A stretch of DNA of 64,000 nt from Laetmonice hystrix (Eukaryota). A model generated the notes under the pieces. That model searched no databases, had not been told where the DNA came from, and saw only the letters and a program-made list of their open reading frames with translations. Location of the stretch: the NCBI GenBank assembly GCA_965235115.1, contig OZ249436.1, positions 48,424,001 through 48,488,000 of the forward strand, read 5' to 3'. Below are positions 1-11,600 of this stretch, in pieces. The stretch's first letter is position 1, and each line of letters begins with the position of its first letter. A program made the translations under genes and the position numbers.

Positions 1-325
1 GCCGTCTGTAGATACTGTACATAGCTGTTCATAAACAAACAACACCAGCATGCTGCACATGGGGAGTTCACAGTCTGGGGGGAGAGGGTGGCCTATTGAC
101 GTTCTTCTCGGGGATCGGCAGTCTGTCTGTTACAATACATTACATAGTAAAATCATTTTAGATCCAGGTGGAGCCATAACAAGACTGCACACTATCGGGC
201 CGAGCTGGACGTGTGTGTAAACCTTCATTCTGAATGATTATGTTAAAAGAAACCTGCGATAACAAAGGTATCTGAAGGCTCAGAAGTGGCAGGTGGGTTG
301 GGCCGGTGCTCGACTGCTGAATACG

Positions 326-417
326 GGAAGGGGGGTGGGGTGGTCGGGGGTTATTATGAAGGGGGGTGGGGTGGTCGGGGGTTATTATGAAGGGGGGTGG
401 GGTGGTCGGCGGTTATT
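326..417. repeat. G-rich ~31-bp tandem repeat, about 3 copies
   Basis: Unit gaagggggg(g)tggggtggtcgggggttattat repeated directly. Confidence 0.85.
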
Positions 418-1393
418 TTTCTGGTGGTTCATAATTCAGTGTCGATTGGTTCCTAAACAATACACGAGTTTATAGTTAGGTCGCCACTGCTGTTTCAATG
501 GACAGTAGATGTTTAATCAAAGACACTCCTGAACAATAAACTTGTGTATCCAAAAGTGAGTGATATCAACTGGGCATGGATCAACGAAGGTCGCTATGAT
601 TTGAGAGGTGGGAGTGTGGTGAGCAGTCGATTGGACACTGAAACCTGCGGTAAGAAAGAGGTGTTGAGGTTTGAATTAACTAAAGACTTTTTATCACTGA
701 GAAATCATGAAAGAATGGGAGGAAAGCCATTTCAGACTGAGTGTTTAGTGGTGGGTGTGAGGTTCACTTTGTGTGTTTTTGATTGTACATTACCTTAGAC
801 AAAACAACTACAGCTGTTTCAGGTTTAATCCCTGGTACCATGATCACTCTGGTTAATGGTAGACTTGCCGTACTGGTCAACAGCTGTTAATTCAGTCAGC
901 TTTCAATGTCTGTCACGCTTGCACAGTTAGAGGGTTTTGTCGTCTTTTTTGTTCTTGGGTGGAGGGAGGGGGAGTCGATGAATTTTGCAACATCTGTAGA
1001 AGTGAAGACGAGGCAAGTTGGTATGAATGAAATTAATAATATTGTCATTAATGCAAAACTACTTGGTGGCCAATAATCAGCTGGCGAGTGGAAGCCAATA
1101 GGTGTGTGTACAGTAAATGAGAAACTAGAATTTCATGGGTGCAGGAAAAATGTATGTATGGCGTCGGTTTATATTACCATGTAGTGGCAAGCCGGTATGT
1201 GCATGCCTATAGGATCGTGTGGTTTTTTCATCTGTACCAGTACATGTAGGCACCGTTTTACAATGAATGGGTTGCAAATCACGGAAAGGCACCTCAAGTT
1301 GTAATACACATAAGGCATCCTTGTACAATGTAATTATTCATCATAATCTACTGGTACAGATGTTGCCAGGGACACTTGGCTTTCTATGGGGAT

Positions 1394-1541
1394 CAGGGCC
1401 CGGTCTCAGAAATGTTAGCATCTTAACTTAAGCTTTGTTTAGGACCTCTGATTGGCTGGTCCTCTGCTGCTCGGCTTCAACCAGCCAATGAGAGGCCCTA
1501 AGCAGAGCTTAAGATCTTAATCTTTCTGAAACTGGGCCCTG
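1394..1541. mobile_element. Palindromic (foldback) MITE of the CAGGGCCC-terminus type, degenerate
   Basis: Termini cagggcccggtctcagaaa / tttctgaaactgggccctg; internal arms also pair (ttaagctttgtttaggacctctgattggctgg vs ccagccaatgagaggccctaagcagagcttaa). Confidence 0.75.
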
Positions 1542-1989
1542 CATAAGATATTGTGTCTGAAGTTGATTCATAACAAGGTATCGGCAGTGGGGGGAGAGAG
1601 AAAAGCAAAATATTCCAGAATATACCTGGAGATGATTGTGTCACAGAGATGAGGGGACATAGGTAGCTGGACGTCAGACTGACTTGTTGGGATGCTGTGT
1701 ATCTTGTATAGATAGATAGTGGGACAAGTAGCACATCTCCTGGACAGGCTGTCCGCGCTATCTGAACCCATGACCCCATGATGGATCCACTAGGTGCCCA
1801 TAACCACGTGCCTACGTTAAACCTTAGTATCTCTCTGTGTCTTAATACGGCAGAGCAACCCGAGGGCTGGGCAATAAATGGGAACTTCTGTGATAGCAGG
1901 ACTGGAACATATTCATTGGGAATAAAACTCACCTGGTTCTATTCACCCCCTGTGTCCTTCTTGAGTTTGTGTTCTGTTAGCGATGATAA

Positions 1990-2187
1990 CAGGGTTCCCA
2001 CGGTCGCAAAAAGTCAGGGAAAATGAAATTTGGTTTTCCACAGCTGGAAAAGTCATGGAAAATAGAAAAACGAGGGAAATCCATGGAATATGAGATTTCT
2101 CTTGAACCACATTTTTATCCGGAATTGGGCATTAAACTTGGGAGTTTTGGTCTGGAATACATGTATAGCCAACCTGTGGGAACCCTG
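1990..2187. mobile_element. MITE with 12-bp terminal inverted repeats
   Basis: cagggttcccac ... gtgggaaccctg; no coding capacity; TSD not evident. Confidence 0.65.
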
Positions 2188-2655
2188 CACACGAAACAGA
2201 ATATGTTTGTGAATCAGTCAGTCCTTCAAGATTTGTTTGATACAGGCCGTCTCAAAAACGATAATCCACATTCAAAAGTTTAATAGGGCCAAACTAGTGA
2301 AAAAAAAGTGTCGGCTGTGCCTTCAAGTGATACCCCGGTTACATGCAAATGTTAGAGGATACAAGTTTATCCGTTATATTCCTGATAGATGGCCACGCAC
2401 GATTCAACAAACATTTTAAATAAAACCCCCACTGTTCTAAGAAGAAAAACTATCAGTTATATTCGGGGTTCTTTTTATTTTCAATTGCAAAGTCGATACA
2501 CTGGATGTACAATGTACCCGGTATATGGCATAACATGACGGGGTACATAATACCAGTATCTGGATTAGATGATAATACGTTCTTAGGCCAAGCCAACAGT
2601 CTGACCACACTTTCTAATCTGCCAGCGTGACGTTAGCCTCCAGAACGGCGTTTGT

Positions 2656-5600
2656 TTAGTACCAATATGTCTTTCCACGTTTTCCATCGTCTTTGATTCC
2701 AAGTGATTTTATAATTTCCTCATCAAATGTCATTGTTTTTGGTTCAAAAGTCACTTCTTTTATTTCTGCATCTTTTGTGTCTTTGGCCGTCTCTGGAAAA
2801 GGAGGAATAATTTTTTAGTGGCTCAGTCAAAAAATGCTATCTTTACGGAGATTTGTGGGAAACACAAGTTACAATTACATTTCATTACTCAAAAAATTAG
2901 TTTCGTTAGCACGTTAGAGATTCGTGAAAATTTCCTTAATCCCTTAAATTGAATGAAAAAAAAATCTGGTCCTAACGCTATGCCAATCTGATCTAAACAA
3001 GTGAAAAATATAATGTATGAGATACCTTGATAGGCACTTGGAAGTACAAAGTCCTCGAGCGTCTTGGCTTCTTCTGGAAGAGGAAGGATACGACCAGTAC
3101 GTACTGAAACTCGGACCCGATCTCCCGTCTCTGTGTATCGCCATTCAACATCGGTGGGTTTTCTGTCGGGAGCAGAATGAGATTAATGGTGGACTCGGAA
3201 ACTCTGCCAGTCACTGATAGCATTTAGCCAGCCCTGTTGGCATCTTTTTGTGATTGGATGTGACAGACCACAGGAAAGAATGTTCATTTCCACTTAAAGA
3301 AGGAGGTGCACCCACATGGGTCACTGAGCAGGGCCGTAGCAGAAGGGGGCGGGGGGGGGGGGGGACACTTTCCCCCAGGTGATTCTGAAAAAAGTGCGCA
3401 TTTTAAGAAACAGTGGCACTTCTAAATTGGTGGTAATGTTCTCAATGACACGTTCCCCTTGGAAAATTAAACTGCCCCCTGCCTGAGCAATTTTTGCCTG
3501 TCTACGACCCTGCCAAGTTGTTCAGCTTACTTCACATGAAGATGGTGCCCATGCATCATTCATGCAGATATAGTGAACTTAACCACAGTTTATCAATCAG
3601 AGAGCGGATCTAATCTATGATTACTGATTATACATACTCGTCGGAGGGATCCACAAGTTTCACTTGAGTTGTGATCAACAGGGGTCGCTCATTCTTAATG
3701 CAGACAGGTGGATGATCCGGGTTTTGTTGCATTGACTTAAACTCCTTGAAAAACGAAACAGGAAAGTCAAGTGTAAATTATGCATACAAGATCGATGCTA
3801 TACCTGACATGGACAAATGCGGAACTTGCATATGACACACAGTTCTTAATAAATTGGTGAAGCAAGATTGGGAATGTCTCTTGAAACGTTTGTGATGCTC
3901 AATTTTTACTTGTCCTGATCCATACATTATTTTGCTGTATTGAAACACCAAAGGGCAGAAACAAATTACAGGTTTACATACACAGTTGAGACCCTCCACA
4001 AAACACCAGTTGCGTTCCTTGATGATAGAGTTGATTATCCCCTGAATGCCCTTGTCTTTTCCAACCAGAATTTCAACCTGAAAATAGGTCATGGATACAA
4101 TCTATTAGGCCTACATGTATAAGGATTCTCAAAACAAAAGTGCTATTTTAATATTTTGATGTGAAAAAGTGGCAAGTACGAAATCTAGCGCATTAGTATA
4201 ATTATCACACATATAAACATAGCAATGGCTTGACCCCTATATATTTTTTGTTAGCAAGTTCTATTTCAGCCCACCAGATGGTGGTCCGTACTGCGCAAAG
4301 GCGCCACCTTGTGTTAAAGGGGTATATTATGAGGAAACGTTAAAAATCGGTATTTCATAGAACTTTTGCTGTTTTCATAAAGAGATCCCTCATTAAAATT
4401 GCTTAGTAAACAAAGACAGACTTATCAGTTTCATTTTGCGTGAGAAATCGAAGTTTATTAAGCTCCCTTGCCCGCTTCTCTGCCGATTTCGTAAAATATT
4501 TTTTGGGTGGCATTCTGATGCCGGGCGATCGAGTGCCAGTGCTGAATTGTTTACAACTAAGCAAAGCACGTGACTAATCACATGCAGCGAGTGCACACAC
4601 ATGATGTGACACAGTATGCAATTACACGGGTTGATGGGGGGTTGTCCGCCAAATTATGGCGGGAGATGTGCTATCGGGAGAAATCTATAGGTTTTGTCGT
4701 ATAGAACCTACTTGTGCTGCATACGCAGCGAAAACACGTCCGAGGACAAAATGCTGTGGTAGGATTATTTACTTGGATCCCTAGTACACGGTCATGTTGG
4801 ATAATTGCCGGAAATCCCCAAAAACGTGTTTCATAGCATGCCCCTTTAATATGGGTAATCCTCCAGGGGCCTCGGTGTGCATTATTTATGGCACGCCACA
4901 AAGGGGTTTAAAAATCGTGATTTCTTATAAATCTACACAAAGTCGTCCATATAATTAATTATTACGTATGAGCTTTGTTTATATTCGGCCTGCAGATCTA
5001 ATTATTATTTAATTAATTAGTACACTATTCTTCGTCCCTCCTGAAATATTGTCTTATGCATTTGACGTCCGTCCACAACCTTCAAATAAGATCCACTGGG
5101 CTCACCATAGCTCTTGTTGTTTACTCGACCTAACCTGACCTGATTTTCGCTTCCGGTTTGATTGGCGGAAGCCTTCCTGGCCAATAAGCATGGCTGCGGG
5201 AAGATGTTTTCTCGGGGTATATATTGGGTTGCGGGGTTTTGGAGCGGTGGTTGCTCGGTATATTCCTCTATCTAAACATCATCGGACGGAGGACGGGGCG
5301 TGGAAAGCCGGAGCCGGTCAGCGACAGGTGCGTGATGAGCCAATTGTTTTTACCGACCCTGTCGGGGACCGATGGGTGTGTGTGTGGTCGGGTGTGACAG
5401 CTGGGCCGTGGCAGTGAGCTTCCGACGGTCATGATAACGTCATACTAGGCCACCTTACGGCATCGTCAGGCGGGGAGTGGGGAGGGTAGGGACCCGGCTG
5501 TATGACGTGTGCCGCGTGCCGCCAGGCTCGGGGGAAGTGGGGTGCGCAGAATATATATTTGGTCGGGGTGTGCAGTCTGCAGGACTGTGGCTGTGCCTGT

Positions 5601-8600
5601 GCACTGGTCTACAAACTCTGAAACTGGGCCTGCATTGCCACCTGTTGTAGCCTCTACTGGCTCTAGTCTCTACAAATCCAACACAGGCTAGAATGGTCAC
5701 CAGTTATGAGTAGTATAAGACTAAGAGTAAGACTAATAGTAGAGGGACTTCCCTGAAATCTCAACGGCTACGAGAGCACAGATTTAATTAACACAGAGAG
5801 TTTTTAACACACTATTTACTACTACTACTACTTGTCTACTTGTGTCTATAGCCTAGGCTATAGTTATGCCTATAGTCTCTGCATTTTTTTGTAAGGGAAG
5901 AGGGCTAAAATTCCATGTTAAAATATTTATGTGGAGAGGAAAGTTCAGAACCAATGAACTGCCAGCCTGCATTTTTTTCTAAATTTATGAGTTTGATGAT
6001 TTTTCTTTTTTATCAAATTAAGTGTAAAACAGCAGGGGCAGATCCGGGATTTTGGTAAGGGGGGTTGTTTAAGGGGGAGAATTTGCGCCCATAATCGCCC
6101 GTGATTGTAAATTTAGGAGCGCTATACATGGCGCCCGTGATAACTTCTAAGGCCCTATAGGCCTATAAGGATATGACTCTCATAGCTCCTGTCTCTGTTT
6201 CCCAGAGAGTCACTGATGGCGCTTGTGTTGTTTTCAAAAGACAGGGTCTGCTGCTGGGGTGGGGGGGGGGGGGGTGGGGGGGTTAAACCCCAAACCCGTC
6301 CCCTCTCCTTGGATCTGCCACTGAAAACATATCATGTGATGCGTCTACCTCCCTAAAATGCATCAACTCTGAGAAGTTAGTTTGACACATTTTGATGGGT
6401 TCATGTTATGTAGAGCTCTTTAAAGCTCTACAGCTTAAAGATGTCACCAAAAATAGCTTATTATGGTGATGTGGTGACCAATCACAATCAATGCACAAGT
6501 CATGACCACCAGCCAAGCCATTCACCCCCCATAATAAGGTGTTAATAACATTGTCAGTCATCTTTACAGTATTGTGGGAGCTCCACATAATATTATTATG
6601 TATACACTATGCCCAAAAAGTGTAATTTCATTAAATCTGTCCAATGCGTTAGTCTTTTCTGATAATTTCTGACATTCCCAGAGCTTCAGGTACATTATGT
6701 CGTGTGTTGTGCCCCTCCACCCCCTCCCCACTCATGCCAAGCCCTCCAACCAATGCAGTCTGACACCACAGGTCTTTTATAGATGGCGCTATATATATCG
6801 ACGCCTGGCGCCAGATTTGATATAGTATCCCACTCTGCCACCCAAGATGTTTGTAAACAATGACCCTGTAGTGTGGCGGACTGCTCCCACCCCACTACAG
6901 GTGGCCCAGAACTACATGCAGGGAAAATGGCCACAGAGCATCTATCGGTGGGTAGATAGATGGGTGTTGGAGGGGTGACTGGGTGATGTACGTGGCTGAT
7001 CAATGTATACATATTGACACAATCCAGTCTGCAGACAGTCTGATCCACAGGACCATTTCCACAATAATTCAAGAAATAAGAAGAAAAACTTTGGCCATTC
7101 CCAAAAAGTTAAAACTTTCTACTACATGTACTACCATAGAGTGCAGATTTACTGTGGTTAATTTTGCTTGTGTACATGGAGTCAGGAGTGAAAAGTCATA
7201 TTCCACTGGTTGAAGTAGTTATGACCATTCATACTGCATTAGTCCTAAGAGATAATAATTTCTGCTAGTCTCAACACTATACAGTGTTTTCTGGGTAAAA
7301 ACCAGTAAAAATGCCTGAAAAGGTATCTCAGCTACTTGAATTATCAAGTGCTAAATTACATGGTACGTGGCTTATATTGGTTTTGGGTAACCTCCATCCC
7401 CACATTCACCCCATCCTGAAACCTCGAATCTATCTGCCAGGTGTTCAGGGACTGGCATAAAGTTATAAACGGTCTGTTAAGGAAAGAGTTGTGACAGTCA
7501 TTTCTGAAGAACTAAATGTACTCCTTGTATATCAGACGCTTTCCAGGGCTCCGATCATTCTGCAGGATTGGTGCTTGAATATGTCTGATATTCTCAGTGT
7601 GCAGCATGACCTGTCAGTGCAGATTCCGCTAAACTATGTGGGTGGCTAGTGTGGTCATGGAAAGCACTGCCCTCTGGTGGAGCAGATTCCGTCCAGAGGA
7701 ACTGAGACAAACAGGAGTGAGGTTCTGCCCCATGTGGCGGGTAAGAACAACACTTGGCTGTCTGTGCAGACAGCAGTCTTCAGATGCCTGCTCCAGACTT
7801 CAGCTGCATGACAGCCAAACTTTTTGGTTCTGCTATACAAAATTCTCTTTGCTTGCCTCAGCTGTCTGATTTTAAGAGCAGTTCTGCTCATACAGTTCAG
7901 CTGCAGACAGTTTTTCCAGGTGGTGGTTGGGGCTGTGGGCAGGTACTCGGAGTATGTGGACGTGTTGATACAGGAAGTTGATCACAGTCACGTGATAGCC
8001 GTCACATGCAGGATGCACACCTGCTGTCACAGAGGGGGACGCCATAGAACAGTCTTGTGGAAGGTTTTTACCTGAAATCATGTGAATCTCAAGAGATCTT
8101 GAAAGCGTTTTAAAAAGACCACATATGTTAAACGAAAGAACTTCCCTCAGCTCCAACTTTTAAAAGTTTTAGCTGCCCAGGGCCAGATTAGGGCGAGTGA
8201 GGGAGTTGGTGGTTTTTACACCGTGTTGGCAACTTAGGCCATCTTCACAGCAAACCATGCATGGTGCAAGGGCATGGAAATCAATGAAAGCGACTGTATG
8301 CTGGACAGGGGTTGGATTTTTTGTTATGGTGATAATAATATGAATATGAGGAGAAGAAACTTGCAAGGTACATGAATTTCAGGAAAACCTTTTCAGAGTA
8401 CACGTAGTAAAAAATGCAACTGTGTCTGTCCATGGGAAAGTATCTGTCATACTCCTAGTAGCTTACTTGTACTTTTTCCGGACAGAATTTTTGTATGCCA
8501 GCTCCAACATAGGAGATAATTATTACACTAAAAAAGTATCAAATATCATGTCTGCATACAAGAGTATTAAATGACCAAACCAAGGAACCCCAGACTATAC

Positions 8601-11600
8601 ACTTAGTGGGTTAAGTGTGTAAGGTAAGCCCACCAAAAAACGTCACTTTGCCGGCTGTTTAGTTAGTGGGAAGAAGTACCGGTAGGAAGAAAACATCAGG
8701 AAATTGTTTCAGGTAAGAGATAAGAATAAAGAAGTGACATAAGAGACTCCATCCACGTCAGCGACTCAGTGTCCCAGACAGTCAGAGCTGTAACCGTGGT
8801 AGAATACAGGGGCAGATCCTGTAAAAAAAAAAGTCAGGCTGAGCAGGGAAAAACTCTGATGTCTTAGTAACTACACTCGTCTGGGTTTGAGCCTGATGCC
8901 AGCAGGTACGAGTGGTGGTTTTTCTACTAAGATAAGCTCACAATATCGGGCAGATCATAACTGGAATACCATTACCAGGGACTTTTTACAAGTTACAGTA
9001 CACAATAATAGTGGAAGTACAAGGAGGTACACGTACCTAAAAGTTATTTAAAACTACTGCTCAGTTCATATGAAGTGTGTCCACCATGCGTGACCACTGG
9101 TCTCTAAATTGGACAAGGATTTTCAGATAGAATGGAACTTGTCTTGTACTTTTTCGCAAGCTGAACACTACCTGGTGTTACTTGTCCTTATGTATTCCTA
9201 ATTTGTCCCAAATGGTGGACAGCAACTAGGGCCGGCCTGACAGCACCATTTTCTTATTTGCCAATGGTTTGTCAACACCTTCCAGACATGAGTATCATAA
9301 AATGCCGTTCTTATCAAATAAATCTTGGCGCGTAATCAATGTAGTGTTGCAAACCGTCTCTCAACTTTTATTGCCTATTGCAGTCATCCATGAACCTGAA
9401 TACCTGTCATGTTGGCAACTGCAATAAGGGACCAACTAGGATATCTGCAGCACCTCTTGTTTATAGGGAGGCAATATATGACCCACAACAGCTGGCTCAG
9501 TGACCATAAACTAGGATATGCAGCAGTTGATGAGCCAAAGAGGCCATGTTGACAGCTGGCTCAGTGACTACAACCCAGGATATGCAGCAGTTGTTGAGTC
9601 CAAGTGCAGGCCATGTTGACAGCTGTCCCAGTGCCCACATACCGGGATATGCAGCAGTTTTTGAGTCCAAGCAGCCTGGGTATATCCCCCATGGTAACTT
9701 AAACCCCACAAAATTTGGTTGCAAGTAAATATCTATCACTATCCATACCCCTGACCATATCCCTAACTTCGGTTCCTAGACCTCTGAAAAACATATCCCT
9801 ATCCCTGATCTTAACCCGAACCCCTACCTAAAAATTTTGTGGAGAAGTTACCATGGGGGAATAACCCAAGCAGGCCATGTTGACAGCTGCCCCAGTACAA
9901 CCCGGGATATGCAGCAGTCGCTGGGTCCAGGCACGACATGCTCACAGCTGCCCCCAGGACCACAAAAAGATCTGCAGCTGTCGTCCCAAGCATGTTATGT
10001 TGACAGCTGCCCCAGTGACCATAAACTAGGTTATATGCAGCAGTTTTGAGTTGCACAGTGCATGCAAGTCATGTTGACAGCTGCCCTGGTGACCACAACC
10101 CGGGATATGCTGCAGTTGCTGAGTGCAAGCAAGACACATTGAGTGACATTGAGCATATCTTCCACCCTCACGTTTGAGGACTTTATCAATACTTGAGATA
10201 AAACAGTGGTCGAGAGTAATTGTACACAGGCCAACATGCCAATCAAACCAAACACCCGGAACCTAAAACTTCCTGATCATATAATTCACTAATTTGTAAT
10301 TTCAGGAATTTGATTCCTGACATTTGATCAATCTCCTCCAATGAAGGCATAGTCATATTTTCTGTCCTTTCAAAATCGCAAATTTTTAAATTTTAAATTG
10401 ACAAGATATACCCATATTTTGGTTGTTCAGTAGATGAAATCCATGGATGAAATTAAATGTGTGCGAGAAGAATCTATTAGACAGGAAATTGTTGAAATCA
10501 GTGCTTTCGAGAGTCAGTCCAAGTTCAGCCCAATGCAGCAGCACCAGCATTCTTGGCCATTTCTGTTTGCAGGTCTAGTTCAATGGCCATTCAGGGCCTA
10601 CAGCCACTGTGCAGGGCACCGGTACAACATCAAAGAATACATTCTGTATGCTATTGATACTGTTGCCCTTGACAACATCTGGTTGCTGGTGGTGATCCTG
10701 TTGCCATTGACAACACCTGTTTGTTTGCCAATGTAGGGTACATGGACTTGGATCTGAGGTCTATTAACTGCTCAGAGGCCTGGATGGGGGGTGGGCTGAG
10801 GGCGTGACAACAGGGGGCAAACCTAAAGCGGCTGGCCAGGGGGTTTGTACAACTGATGGCAATGACAGCAGTAGGCCTGGGGTGGAGGGATGGGAGCGGT
10901 GGATGCCTGGGGAACTACATCAGGATGATGACACCAGGACGGCCAAGTTAGGGACCTCGGGCAGGTGGTAGGTATAGAAACTGGGGGGAAAATCCGGCCA
11001 GACATGAAAGGAATAACTGAATAGCTGACTACAACAGCCTATGCCATATTAAGTGCCCCATTGTCCTCATCTTTGAACAACCCATAAAGTTCCTGTAAAG
11101 AATTTTCCCAACATCAGAAACTTATGCCATATTCATATTGGGAAACCATTCTAGCGGCACTGATCTAAATGCAGTTTTTCATAATGCTAAAGTATAGGCA
11201 AACAATGAAGAATGGTTCTTATCTCAGAAAAGTCATCAGCACTGTTTAGAGCCAAAAAGTCAAATGCACATTCACAGTATCTTTTTCAAGACAGCTGTGT
11301 TTGTCAGCATCATTCACAGAGACTGTCAATAGGCCAAACAGCAACTCTACCACAGTACTACTAACGCCATCTGGCGGTATAGGTTCCCCATTGATAGGAT
11401 AGTGATTAATCTTTTATCCTTGAACTAGGACACTTTTCATAGGAAAAAATAACATCTTTGGTGTTAGTCTGTATTGACAGACTGAAAATCAGACAGGCAC
11501 CTGTCCTGGAGAAGGTTTTAAACGTGGCAGTAGAGCCAGGAGGACCATCCTTTACACACTGCCCTGTACTCAAGCCCAGTCGACGCTCATTGTTTATTTG

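Noticed and set aside
7440..8160. Cluster of overlapping short ORFs in the MRPL24 intron
   Set aside because: No recognisable domain and stops in all extended frames; could be UTR exons or decayed TE but unsupported
10430..11005. Pro-rich short ORFs
   Set aside because: No recognisable homology or consistent splice structure
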